From Fistulifera solaris (lineage: Eukaryota), in the NCBI GenBank assembly GCA_030295235.1, contig AP026155.1, forward strand, positions 496,001 to 560,000: a stretch of 64,000 nt of DNA. The letters run 5' to 3'. Below are positions 35,366 to 47,563 of the stretch, piece by piece; positions within the stretch are counted from its first letter, which is position 1; each line of letters opens with the position of its first letter. Position numbers and translations under genes: made by a program. Below the pieces are notes generated by a model. It saw only the letters and a program-made list of their open reading frames with translations, had not been told where the DNA came from and searched no databases.

Positions 35366-35673
35366 AAGCGCCCCCCTTTTTTGTGTTTGTTGCTTTTTTT
35401 TGAAAGAATGTTTTGATCTTCGAGGGACGTTTGGAGTCTCTCTAACATTTTAGTTGAACGGTTTATATATAATAGTTGGATCTATTCTATTCTATTTTGT
35501 TAATGCGCATCGCGTGAGATTTTAATTACTGTAGTTTTTTACTACGGAGTAGTTAGAATTACTACTGTCACTATTCCAGCGCGCAATATCACTAAGGTTT
35601 ACCTGGTACGCACATGTACGTGAAAGGAATAGAAGGGTAGAACGTTTGTCTTTGATACGTGGTAACCTTACTG

Positions 35674-35760
35674 TACAGGGAAGGACGTTAAAATTCTGCC
35701 TCCCAGTACAAGATTCTACGTTGCGTCTACGACGAGGCAGAATTTGAACGCCGTTCCCAG
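35674..35760 (+). repeat. ~87-bp imperfect palindrome, MITE-like dispersed repeat
   Basis: Arms GGAAGGACGTTAAAATTCTGCCTC and GAGGCAGAATTTGAACGCCGTTCC; reverse complement of 63588-63673. Confidence 0.85.
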
Positions 35761-36438
35761 TTCACGTAGTAGGCATGTACACTACGGTAGCCCAGCGGCG
35801 ATGATGGATGAATGCGGTAACCGAAACAAAAGAATGATTGAAAGAGCTATGAATGAATTATGAAAGCTATTTGCCGCTATTCAACTCGACAAACGACGGC
35901 CAACTCATTATGCGACAATACACTGCATGAGCAATCCGTCCTGATCGGAAAGAAAGCGAAAAATATTAGTTTCGCTCCCTTTGTCTCTCTCTCTCTCCAG
36001 GCTCGAGTCGGTTTCAAGTCATTCGCCTTCTAGTCGAATGTTACCCTTACACCAAGATTTCGTACTAATCTACAAAAAAGAGAAAAAACGAATTTGCCGT
36101 ATAAATTGAGAATGATGGTAGAGACGGTGGCCTTGCCATCGCGATGCAGGCAAATTTTTACCGGGGGCCGATTCCAGCCAAGCAAAAAAAAAACAGGATA
36201 CGATGATTCAGCTGAGTGAAGTGTCCGTTGGTGTTGTTTTTTTGTGAAAGACGCAAAATCGTCCGCATGACCAAACTTACAACGAAACCAGTTTGACCGT
36301 TTTACTTTCCGTCACCGATGATGTGATAAACCGTTTTGAATGGGGAGAGCGGCAGATGAGGAAATGGAGAAGCTTGTATCCAGAAAGGTTCACAAGTAGC
36401 TCCTTTTTGGGCTTGGTATCAATCGCGTGTTGCGAATG

Positions 36439-36865
36439 GATGTTTTCGAACTATCTTTCTCCATTGGCGACGACTATCTCAGCTGCTTCTCTTTTACTGC
36501 TGCATTGTGCTATATATCCGAGGGCATCTGCTCAACGCACAAGCGACTTTCTTCCTCCTGTGTATCAGCCTCTCGATAATCGCCGGCTGGTTCCAGCAAA
36601 ACGACTTGAATATCTACAGGAGACACCCTATCGACACGGTGATGGGAATAAGACGTGCGATTCGAACCGGGGATCCATACGCGGTGTTTTCAAAGTATAC
36701 GTAGGGTTCTTTTCATGTATCGAATGCTACCATGCTGTTCTCGCTCATCGAATTTGGAGATCATGATTCAAACTTCTTTCATCAAGAGGAAACATAAACT
36801 TGCGACAACGGGACCATTCTGCGCTTTCTTCTTACCGTTCCGCATGACGGACGGGCCGTCATAGT
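36439..36865 (+). CDS. Possible small spliced hypothetical gene with an N-terminal hydrophobic leader
   Basis: MFSNYLSPLATTISAASLLLLHCAIYPRASA; possible GT-AG intron near 36701-36758; no motif recognised. Confidence 0.3.
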
Positions 36866-37130
36866 GAGACGCACGTGGTGGCTCATTGACTATCTGTAGT
36901 AGTGTACATTCCGCACGTCTGATTCCCAGCCCCGCAGCCAACGTCTAATTCTTGGTGTACATTTTGTATCAGAGTATGGTGTGGGTTTGACGCCATGTTG
37001 AGACCTCGAAAGCTGGAGCTCGAAAAGGTTTTTTTCCGCATTGTGATGGACCTTTCGGCTCATAAAAAAAGAGGTCGCTCCGTTTGACTTGTCATTCTTC
37101 TTGTTGTTAACGCACTTTTGCAAATCGATC

Positions 37131-40100
37131 ATGTTTCCTTTCCATGCCGAGGACACGGAAAAGTGTCCCTGCGATGTGCATTTTGGCCGTCACCTCGAAG
37201 AGGAAGCTGAAGCTCCTAAAGAGACATGGGAAATCGCCTTTGCTTCGATTGTGATCATTCTCATGTTTGTTGGTCTCATCCTCGAGCGCATTGGGGCGGA
37301 TCATGTCATGTTGATCACCATGACCATGTTTATGGTTACTGAGATCATTACAGTGAAGGAAGGTCTCGCGGGCTTCTCTAACAGCGGTGTGATCACTGTC
37401 ATGATTCTCTTTGTTGTCGCAGAAGGTATTTCCAAGACGGGTGCCCTCGATTGGTACATGTCCAAGCTGATGGGTGCTCCAAAGACCATTGCGAGCGCCC
37501 AACTTCGCATTCTGCTTCCCATTACTTTCGTGAGTGCCTTCTTGAACAACACTCCCATTGTGGTAGTGATGCTTCCTGTCGTCCTTCAGTGGGCCAAGAA
37601 CAACCGTCTCCCGCGACAGCAGCTACTCATTCCCTTGTCTTTCGCTGCCATCTTCGGTGGTACGTGCACTTTGATCGGTACCTCGACGAACTTGGTGGTG
37701 TCCGGTCTGGTGGAAGATCGGTACGGTGATACGGTCAAGATCGAGCTGTTTGATGTTGGTGAATTTGGTGTGCCTCTTGCTTTGGTCGGTATCGCCTACG
37801 TGTTACTATTCAGTCCCTGGCTTCTTCCGGGTGAGATCGAACAGGAGGAAGAAGCAATCCTTCTGGGTGCCCGAGTAACCGCGTGGTCTCCTGCTGCGGG
37901 ACGAACTGTGCAGCGAAGTGGTTTGCGAGAGACGGGCGGTATCTACTTGGTCAGCGTCCTTCGCGCGGAGACCGGAAACGTCCACCGTGCCGTTTCGAGA
38001 GACTTTGTGCTGAACGCCGGTGACACGCTTTACTTTACCGGACTGGTCGAGTCGTTTGGTGACTTTTGCGAGGAACATGCTCTTGAGATCCTCACCAACG
38101 AGAGCTCAGCAGCAGCGCTCACCAATACCGCTACTGTCACTGATGCGATTGACTTCCATGTCGGTACGTCGAAGGAGGCTTTGCTGGGCGCCGATGAAAG
38201 TGAGCGCTTGCGAAGTATTCACCGCATGACAGATTTGATTCGTGGAGCGAAAGGAGCTGATTCGGGTATGCATGGTGCTCCTCCCAGCATTGTCGTGAGC
38301 ATGGATGAGGACGTGGTCGTTATTGGTGTCAATACACCAGACCGTCCGGGATTGCTGCTTGACATTTCGAAGGCATTGCTCAAGCTTGGTTTAGAACTGC
38401 ATCACACGGAGGCAGCTGTCCATGGCACTCGTTCATTGTCGATCTGGCGTACCGAGACGATTCAGACTGAAGACTTGCCTGACTTGGAAAAGATCTGGAG
38501 TGTCCTCAACGCGCTGCTTTCAGTGGAAGGAGGCGCTGCTAAGCAGAGGGTTTGCGAGTGCTACGCGCCCAGATTCGTAAGGGTTCTCGATTGGAGGGGA
38601 AGACTGCCTCTGAGGTTGACTTCCACAAGCTTTACAAGGCCGCATTGGTGACCGTCCCCAAGAGTCGATTGACAGAGGGCGACATCCTTGTGTTGCAAGC
38701 CAAGGAAGGATCTCCACTGCTTCTCGAGCCGCCTGCAGACTTTTACAAACAGCTCAACGCCAAGAATGCTTCAAAGTCGTTGTTGAAAAGCTTGGTTTCG
38801 GGGCGCTCCAGTCGTACCGACAGTGAGGCCGCGTCTGCTTCTCATGATAGTGACATTGAGGATGCCGGCGTGGAAGCCGCTTGGAAAGACTTGCAGGTTG
38901 TGACGCCACAGGCCGACGAGGGATTGGAGTTTTTGACGGCCATGGCCGTGGCTGAGAAGTCGGGCCTTGTCGGGAAGTCGGCCAATCAACATGGTATCAC
39001 GAGACTTCCCGCTGTTTATCTTGTCAGCATTGATCGTCCAACACCAGCAGGAACCAACCTTACGATGCAAGGTGGCAAGTCTGGTTTGGACAAGGCTCTC
39101 TCTGACTTCGACAGAAGCGACCAGCATGCTGCATCGATCGCGATCACCCAAGACGAACCGCTTCAAGTCGGTGATATTCTTTGGTTCAGTGGAAGCGCAT
39201 CGGCGGTTGGTGACTTGCGCAAGATTCCTGGCTTGCGTTCTTATGAGAGCGAGGAAGTCGGAAAGATCGAGGATACAGTTTTCGATCGTCGTTTGGTGCA
39301 GGCTGTTGTCGCTCGAAGTGGCGCATTGGTGGGCCATACTGTCAAGGAAGCGCGTTTTCGCTCGCGCTATGGAGCAGCCGTCATCGCAGTTCATCGCGAA
39401 GGGAAGCGAATTCACGACCATCCGGGTCAGATCAAGTTGCAAGCTGGTGATGTGTTGCTGCTCGAAGCCGGTCCGACGTTCTTTTCCAAGTCTGCTGAGC
39501 ATGACAGGTCGTTTGCATTGTTGGCCGAGGTTGAAGATTCGGCTCCTCCCCGTCTGAGCTTGATCATTCCAGCCGTGATGATTGTCGCAGCGACGTTGGC
39601 AGTGTATACCGCAGAGCTCATTGACCTGGTTGTGGGTGGTCTCCTTGCTTCCTTCTTGATGGTGGGTATCGGATGCTTATCGGAACAAGAAGCACGCGAC
39701 TCGATCCACTGGGATATCTACGTGATCATCGGATCTGCTTTCGGTATCGGTTCTGGTATGTTGAATTCTGGTCTTGCTGATATCGTTGCAGACTTTCTTG
39801 TCGACGTTGGCAAAGCGATCAGCCTTGGTGAAGCAGGATTGGTAGCCGCCATCATGTTGGCGGCGTTTTTGATCAGTAGTATTTTGACGAATAATGCAGC
39901 AGCTGCTTTGCTGTTCCCCATTGCCATGAATGTCGCCGAAAGCGCCGGAATTGATCTTAAGTTGATGAGTTTCGCTCTCATGTTGAGCGCTTCTGACTAC
40001 ATGACGCCGTACGGATATCAAACCAACTTGTTGGTCTATGGACCTGGAGGATACACGTTTGGTGATTTCGCGCGCTTTGGTATTCCGTTGCAACTGTTGT

Positions 40101-40249
40101 TGTGGATTTGCGGCGCTCTGTTTCTAACGGTGTTTGACTGGTACGTCAGCTGGATTGGAAGTGTGGTGGTCCTTGCCGCTGTCACTGCTTTTCGACTATT
40201 GGGAGATGCTTCGGCTTCTCGCTCCAAGAAGAGTCAACGCGCAGCCTAG
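37131..40249 (+). CDS. SLC13/SLT-type (SAC1-like) sodium:sulfate cotransporter with TrkA-C domains and an ACT domain (frameshift near 38550)
   Basis: GFSNSGVITV, SAFLNNTPIV, GGTCTLIGTSTNL, repeated TrkA-C motifs (SGLVGKS, GDILWF, FRSRYGAAVIAVHREG), LTNNAAAAL, TPYGYQTNLLVYGPGGY. Confidence 0.9.
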
Positions 40250-40677
40250 ATTATGTGGCGTTCAAGTAGGCATCTATAGTTTTCTAAGGAAAAACTAAGA
40301 TTTGTGTCGTCGCAAATAATGGTGTCTTTTTTAGGTCGCCCGTTTTCTGTCTAGAGTGAAGAGGTTTTTTGTAGTCGAAATATTTGCCTACTGCTGCTGC
40401 ATTGCTGGGTTCTTAAAGTAGTCACCATGGTCTAACTTTGGTGTTGAGGTTGAGGGAATGATTTGGTTCCATCGCACTTGTACAACTTCTACGTAGTATT
40501 GGTAGGGCGTCGTTTAGGGTCGCCTGTCGCCTTTGCGGAGAAAAATTCGAGCAACGCGACACTCTTTTAAATCGATCTTTTTACATAGATAAGGAAACAA
40601 AGCTATATTCTTTGCAGCAAAACGAATCTCTGATCAATTCATTTTAGAATTTTGGAGTCGAGGAATTTCGATGACGA

Positions 40678-41898
40678 ATGTGGCGAAACAATCTACAAGA
40701 ATCGTTCTCGCTCATTACGAATCATCCTTGGGCACAACATCTCACCGTCAGTCTATTGATTGTGATTTGCTTGCATTACTATCATTCTTCTTCCTCTGCG
40801 CAAACAAGAAGACAAACGGATATTCCCAACGATCTTTTGTTACGAGAAGAAGACGAAATAAGGAAGAAACCGCCTCCTATCCACGACAATGAAGTAGCAC
40901 CGACAGCAGCTCCACGCAAACCCAAAAACTCCACACTCTCCCGAGCAACGAAGACGACGACGACCACTCAGGAATCCTCATCGATCACTACAGCTATTCC
41001 ACCTGCCTTTCGAACACTCTCCGATCGCTTGTCGGCGTATTGGCACTGGCACGATACGGAAACATCCCTCTTTCGTGTGTACGAAATCGCGCAACGGAAC
41101 GGCGATACGTTCGTCGCCATTCCACCCTTTACACCCAGCAGTCGCAGAGGAAACGTCCGAATTCATTTGCGTGTTACGAACATGTGCGCGACACCCTTAA
41201 AAGTCTACTGGATGGATTATCAAGGACGAGAAATTTGGAAGGGAGATATATTGCCTTGTGAAACGTGGCATCAAACGACGTGGATCGATCATCCGTGGGT
41301 GTTTCGACAACCGGAAGGAGAGCTCTTATTGTATTATGTCCCCTATCGTGTCATTCCGACGTGCGACATGGTCCCGACCGTTGATCCAGACGACATTGTA
41401 GGCATTCACCGATTTAGTATTTCTCATCCATTGGAGGATTTATATGCCTGCTCGATTCAAGACCCAGTTTTGCCGTTCCCGGCACATCAACACTTGACCA
41501 CACCTGCAGCGGCTTTGCAGTGGGCCCTTATACATTGCACGCGGATGGGATTTCGAAATTGGGAACTATTGATGCAATGCGGCACCAAGATCATTCAACA
41601 ACCCGACAAACCCAAGTACCGATCCTTCCGCCAAGGCAATCCACAGTTTGGAGCTCGATTGTGGAATACGACAGCACGGGGTGTTTTGTTGGCGGGTGGC
41701 TTTTATGAAAATGCCGGTTACGTCCAATTCGGTGCGAGTCATCATCCATTGGGTCGAAACGAAGTTCAAGAACTATCTTTGTGGGTATGGACAATTCAAA
41801 AGTGGCTAGATCATTTCAATGATTGCGTACTAGCACAACCCACTGGAGCGGATGGATTTGGTCGAGCGGGTTATGGTCGTGCGGGGCAAATGACATAG
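40678..41898 (+). CDS. Membrane-anchored VHL beta-domain plus PUB-like domain protein
   Basis: N-terminal TM; VTNMCATPLKVYWMDYQG...QTTWIDHPWVFR (VHL beta); KIIQQPDKPKYRSFRQGNPQF...LLAGGF (PUB). Confidence 0.75.
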   Translation: MWRNNLQESFSLITNHPWAQHLTVSLLIVICLHYYHSSSSAQTRRQTDIPNDLLLREEDEIRKKPPPIHDNEVAPTAAPRKPKNSTLSRATKTTTTTQESSSITTAIPPAFRTLSDRLSAYWHWHDTETSLFRVYEIAQRNGDTFVAIPPFTPSSRRGNVRIHLRVTNMCATPLKVYWMDYQGREIWKGDILPCETWHQTTWIDHPWVFRQPEGELLLYYVPYRVIPTCDMVPTVDPDDIVGIHRFSISHPLEDLYACSIQDPVLPFPAHQHLTTPAAALQWALIHCTRMGFRNWELLMQCGTKIIQQPDKPKYRSFRQGNPQFGARLWNTTARGVLLAGGFYENAGYVQFGASHHPLGRNEVQELSLWVWTIQKWLDHFNDCVLAQPTGADGFGRAGYGRAGQMT

Positions 41899-42261
41899 TA
41901 GTCAATTTTGAAAGAAAGTATTTCTTCACACCAACTTCACACCAGATAATTCGCAATTTTGTTGAAACATGGTTACCCTTATAGACCTTTTCTACTCATT
42001 CTGCGCATCCAATTGCGAGATGAACGGTCCACTTTGTGGTGTCATTGTAGACTACGAATGACGAATGCGACATTCTCCCTAATTTTAAGTCCCCAATAAT
42101 CGCGACTCAAAGTTGCTCCGCGTTTTCTCGAAAAAGAACTTGCGACCGAACCAAACAAAACGTCAGGTTTCATGTTTCCTTTTCCGATACTACAAGTATT
42201 CATTCACGTTCTGTCCGGTTTGTTGCTATTGACCTTCCAACAGGGCTTTTGCTAAGAGCAA

Positions 42262-43347
42262 ATGGTTCCACTCCTTTCAACACTACTTCTGTGGATCGTG
42301 TGGCCCGGATCGATTTTGCTGGGCACATGGCTCTTGCTGTTGATCATTTTGCCCTTGGTATTGGCAGTTCTTACGTGTTGCCGACGACGACAACAACAAC
42401 ACTTTTATTCCAACCATTACCGTTCGGCATTGTATTACGGTCGCGTATGGCACACCCGGTTTAAACCCGTAGCACATTCGTTTACGTATCCCTTGTTTCT
42501 TTTCGGTTTAGACTTACACGAGGAAATCGAAGAACAAGAGTTGTTTCCGCACGTATTGTGGCCTCTGTCACTGATTATGAACTTTCGCTCCGAGGATCAT
42601 TTGAAAAATCAAGAAGGATCGTCTCACACGTCCACAAAGAAGAAGAAGAAGAACTTGAGTGAACGACTCTTGACTCTCGTCGCCGAACGCACACAACAAC
42701 GATTCCAGCCCACGACAGAGACGCATCGCATCCTGCTCTTCACACATCTCGCGTATTATGGCTATTGCTTCAATCCGGTATCCTTCTATTACCTTCAAAA
42801 CAAAACAACCAACAAGACGGATGCCGTCGTGGGAGAAGTCTCCAATACACCGTGGAATGAAATGCATTGTTATGTCTTACACGAAGCGTCCGTCGATGAT
42901 GTAGCGACGAGTGTGTTGTTGGGGACCGATACTCAGATCAATTACGTCTTTCCGAAAAAATTTCATGTTTCACCCTTTATGGAAATGGCGTACAAGTACG
43001 ATTGGACGTTTGCGGAGAAACTTGACTCCACCGTGACCATTATCAACGAAATGCGTTCCTTGACCGACAATCAACTTTGTTTTCGAGCCAAGATGCAAGT
43101 TGAACGAAAATCCCTGCATCCCGTACAATTGGCCTTTTATGTCACGACATTTCCGATCTATTGTTTCATCATTCAACTCTGGATTCATTACGAAGCCTTC
43201 CAATTGTTCATTAAAGGCGTGACCTTTCAGCCTCATCCCGATGGAACGGAAACCTGGGCGTCGCGAGCGATTGGTAACGCGATGCGTCCTTTGTTTGCGT
43301 TACAAGAATATTACGATGCCTTTTTGAAGAAAGCAAAATATGAATAA
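42262..43347 (+). CDS. DUF1365 family protein
   Basis: GRVWHTRFKPVAHSFTY, GYCFNPVSFYY, EVSNTPW, KKFHVSPFM, IHYEAFQL. Confidence 0.9.
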   Translation: MVPLLSTLLLWIVWPGSILLGTWLLLLIILPLVLAVLTCCRRRQQQHFYSNHYRSALYYGRVWHTRFKPVAHSFTYPLFLFGLDLHEEIEEQELFPHVLWPLSLIMNFRSEDHLKNQEGSSHTSTKKKKKNLSERLLTLVAERTQQRFQPTTETHRILLFTHLAYYGYCFNPVSFYYLQNKTTNKTDAVVGEVSNTPWNEMHCYVLHEASVDDVATSVLLGTDTQINYVFPKKFHVSPFMEMAYKYDWTFAEKLDSTVTIINEMRSLTDNQLCFRAKMQVERKSLHPVQLAFYVTTFPIYCFIIQLWIHYEAFQLFIKGVTFQPHPDGTETWASRAIGNAMRPLFALQEYYDAFLKKAKYE

Positions 43348-44398
43348 AGTATTAGATAGCTTTTGTGATACTAAATAGTGATGGTAATCAATTTTGCTTT
43401 ACAATGTAATGTGTCTTTTATCTATTCAAATAGAGCCTGTGGGGTCGTGTTAAAATGGGAATGATGTATGTAAGGGGTATAAATCTAGGGAAACAGCAGA
43501 GAATCGTCAAAAAGTCATCGACCAAATCATCATCGCGCCGGTAGTTTACACCACCGCGATAACGACCCATTACTATTCCGAAACCGGGAAATAGTGAGAC
43601 GACCATGAAGGCCAAGTACTATTGAAATGCCTTGTTGTTGCCGGAGAATGTGCCAAGGTGACCGGAGGAGGCGCCTTCACTTCTGGTGCGTGCTGCTGTT
43701 GTTGTTGTGCCTGTTGTTGCCTCTTGTGCGCTCGTACGAGATCGTTACGATCACGAATCAAGCCAATATTTCCGTACATGTTGACAAAGTCTAGAGATGC
43801 TAGGAAGGAGATTGTTCCAAGAATAATAAGAGAGATAATATGATAAAAAAGCAATTGATTTCGTTTGATGGCTTTTGTGTCGTAATAATAATAAGATTGT
43901 GACGAGCTCGTCGTCGGCTGTTTGGATTTTTGGATCGGTTCGCTCAAACGAAATCACTATAGCACAGAATGTATTTTAGAAATCATCTTGTCCGTGTCTC
44001 ACAAACTTCCTTCCCGACCACGGAACTGATGTGACTGAAGGACCCCGGGACTTGATTGCAGCCCGTGAAAATGCTCCGGAATAGGAAGCTTCTACATTCT
44101 AGTAGATAGTCATTTCAGATGACATCCTGAGTCAGGTGACGCTTGACTTACGAATGAAGATGCACCTCCTCCTTTTGCGAACCAGTCGTAACGCAATCCG
44201 AACACGAACCAGCCCAACGGTGCAAATAGCAAATAGCTAGGCTTATACCTGAACCCGTACTAGCGATGTGGAGAAATGATAGCACCGCATGAAAAATGAC
44301 GACAAAGACTAAATTGAATCATCCTAGCAATGTAACTTTAAAGATCTATAGTATTGTATATTTTACTGTATGAATCTATGGGAAACAATCCTCTTTAT

Positions 44399-45145
44399 CT
44401 AAGAGAAGAAGCCAATATTGAGACGGGCCGTGGCTCTTGCGTGGTCATCCTGTACACTGTCGGGTAGAACAGTCGTTGTAGCATGGTTCGAGAAGAAATC
44501 AATGTTGTCGCGAGGTGAATCTTGTTTGCTCTGGAAAGCGTGCTTGTCTTGCAGAGCAAAGAAATCAATGTTGTTACGGGCCCGCAGGCGCGCGTGAGTC
44601 GTCATGTCTTTCGTTGTTTTTGTATCGTTGGGAACCATCGTCAAAAAGAAGTCGATGTTATCACGAGCTCGTTGGCGAGCGTGTTCGGGTGTAACGTGAT
44701 CGGGGATCATGGTTCCTACCGCATGACTGGAGAAGAAATCAATCTGATCGTGCAGATGAGGGACGATACTTGGTTTCGTTTCGGGTACGTTTCCCACCAA
44801 ATCCTTCTTGAGCGAATAACCAATGTGCTCACGAGCCCGCTGTCGTGCAACTTCCTGATTGGGAGAAGGAGTACGCTGTTTGATGTACAAACGAAAGCTT
44901 TCCTCATCCTCGAAAATCAATTGATAGCCATGTCCTTCTTTGCCGGGCATTTCCAGATCTTCGTAATTTCCCAAGAACGCATCCGCAATAGGAGGAGGAG
45001 GAAAGACGGTTGCGGCATCTACTTCGGCCATTTCCAAGATTCCCTTGCCCAAACGAAGTGACGTCTGGATGAGTTGACGGGAAGGAATGGAAAAGGCCTG
45101 AGTCGTAGCCACAATGGCCAATAGGATGGGTAATCGGAATGTCAT
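44399..45145 (-). CDS. Predicted plastid-targeted protein with internal HAR.RAR.NIDFF repeats
   Basis: Signal peptide ending TTQA-FSI; intact 248-aa ORF; 5-6 imperfect repeats. Confidence 0.75.
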   Translation of the reverse strand: MTFRLPILLAIVATTQAFSIPSRQLIQTSLRLGKGILEMAEVDAATVFPPPPIADAFLGNYEDLEMPGKEGHGYQLIFEDEESFRLYIKQRTPSPNQEVARQRAREHIGYSLKKDLVGNVPETKPSIVPHLHDQIDFFSSHAVGTMIPDHVTPEHARQRARDNIDFFLTMVPNDTKTTKDMTTHARLRARNNIDFFALQDKHAFQSKQDSPRDNIDFFSNHATTTVLPDSVQDDHARATARLNIGFFS

Positions 45146-45726
45146 GATGTGTAGCTGGTATTACTTCTTGTTGTTGCTGCGTTTTATGATAGCATGAAAG
45201 TGTTTGTAGAAATACCAGGTAGTAGATTCGATGGTATTCGTTGGTTTATTTTGATGATGATGATTCATCGACGACGATCGGTGTCAAAAAAAAGAACAGT
45301 GACTTCATCGTTGTTTTGCATTTTCGTGAAAGTGTCAAGGCAGCGCGTGTCGTAGCGAAATTGATGCGAACGGGTTCGGTTCTATTACGAGCCCCAGACA
45401 GACAGACGGATGGACAGACAGACAGACGGACTGACGGACCTGTCAAATGTCCTCTACATACGCGCAACAAGATTGGATGATGAGTGCAGAGTGTGACGTC
45501 TTTGATTTGAATGGCGACGATGTGAGAAAAAAAAAGACCCCAAAACGTATTGTTGGAAACATCCTTTGGATCATTCCTATGATTGATTCTCCTCTTTTCA
45601 TACTTACAAGAATCGCTAAGTACCAGCCAGGTACAATTGAGTTCCAAGTTTGCGTGCGCCATTCACAAGGAGACCTCCAGCATTCGGCGTATTTTTTTAT
45701 TCATTGCAACAACACAAAAGGCGAGT

Positions 45727-47382
45727 ATGATGATACTAACACGAACACCAATACGAACGGCTCGGATTGAGCCTTTCGCGAGAACGATAGCAACATCACC
45801 ACTCTTTTCAACAACAGCTGCATTTCTGTCAACTTCCACCAAGAAGACAAAGAAACCCCGCGTCGTCATTCTCGGATCTGGTTGGGCCGGTAATACTCTG
45901 GCACGTCGACTCGACAAACAAAAATACGATGTTCGTTTGATTAGTCCGGCAAATCACTTCTTGTTTACGTCCTTACTACCTTCCACGGCCGTCGGGACGT
46001 TGGAATTCCGGGCCATTCAAGAACCTGTTCGTACAATTGCCGGTCTTGGAGAATACTATCAAGCGAAAGCCTTGCAGTTGGGTGTCACCGACGAAGGCAA
46101 AACGGTAGTGCACTGTGCCGATCTCTTCAAGGGACACGAATTCCCCGTCCGGTACGATTATTTGGTGGTAGCGGCGGGCAATAAGACCAATACCTTTCAA
46201 ACACCCGGCATTGCGGAACGAGAAGGGAAGGAAGTTTTCTTTTGAAGCACCTGTATCATGCACGACAAATTCGCAATCGAGTCTTGGAATGTTTCGAACG
46301 AGCCTCGAATCCCAACATTACCGATTTTGAACGCGATCGATTGCTGTCGTTTGTCATTGTCGGTGGAGGACCCACGAGTTGCGAGTTTACGACGGAATTG
46401 TACGATTTCTTACAACAAGATGTCGTGCAGTGGTATCCGGATTTGATGTCGCATGTGAAGGTGACTTTGGTGGAAGCCGGACCAGGGTTGCTTGGTTCTT
46501 TTCATCAATCTTTGGCGGATTATTATCTGAAGAAATTGAAAGAAAAGAAAATTGATGTTCGTCTTTCCATGGCGGTCATTGGAGTGGAACTCCGACCGTA
46601 TGCCAAAGCGAATACGACTAGCGACGAAAGTCCCAACAGCGATGTCACGAACGATCCCAATCATCCCCACCGATCTTCCGCTATGGGACAATATACCGTC
46701 GCACAATTTGCCGATGGTACCGAATTACCCTTTGGTACGATGGTTTGGTCGGCAGGATTGGCACCGGTCCGATTTGTGAAAGATTCGGGCTTTCAATTGC
46801 AACGTGGACGGATCGTCGTGGATGAATACTTGCGTGTCCCGGACCACGAAAATGTCTTTGCTTTGGGGGATTGTGCCGCCCTGGTCAGTGGTCCTTTACC
46901 ACCCACGGCATCGGTAGCGGAGCAGCAAGCGTATTACTTGGCCGATTGTTTCAACAAGTATTATTACGAAGCTGCCACACGGAAAGAACCATTGCCACTC
47001 CCGGGTCCTGTAGCACCCGCTCTCATGCCATGGAAGTTACTTGAATTTCTTAATCCGATTTTGTGCAAATCACAGCCCGAATTTACGTACAAGAATCGTG
47101 GAATGATGGCAGGCATGGGTACGTCATTTGTGAATTTTTTGATTTGATATTCTTGGTTTTCCAAGCTCACTTAATTACGTGGGTATAGGCTTTGGTGGTG
47201 GTGTCACCGACTTGACCAACACCGATTTACCCTCCCCCAAGACGACCATGTCTGGTACAGCGGCGTTTGTGACATGGAGAACAACTTACTTGACGAAACA
47301 ATTGAGTTGGAAGAATATGATGCTGATTCCCATGTACTGGTTCAAAGCCATGGTTTTTGGTAGAGACATTAGTCGCTTTTAA
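45727..47382 (+). CDS. Type II (alternative) NAD(P)H:quinone oxidoreductase, mitochondrial-type presequence; frameshift near 46240, intron about 47119-47189
   Basis: [73 protein letters not shown]. Confidence 0.92.
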
Positions 47383-47563
47383 ATCAAAGTAAGTGTATCG
47401 GATTGGCAAGAAGGCAACCGAAAGCTGTACAACAATCCGAAATGGATCATATTTCGGAGTAGCGTGTCGGAGGATAATTCGTCGTCTACGGCCTATGAGA
47501 ATGCCGACGTAAATATTCCATCATTAACAGAGCACATATGATAGCATTCACTTCCTCATCACA

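Noticed and set aside
1..41898. Functional link between the prolyl hydroxylase and the VHL-domain gene
   Set aside because: They are 40 kb apart with many unrelated genes between; proximity is not evidence
43418..43957. Possible small TM/poly-Q gene on the minus strand
   Set aside because: No clear ATG or splice structure and no recognisable family; may be real but is unsupported
45396..45440. (GACA/GACG)n tract, and similar short tandem repeats at 28433 and 29833
   Set aside because: Ordinary low-complexity tandem repeats with no further structure
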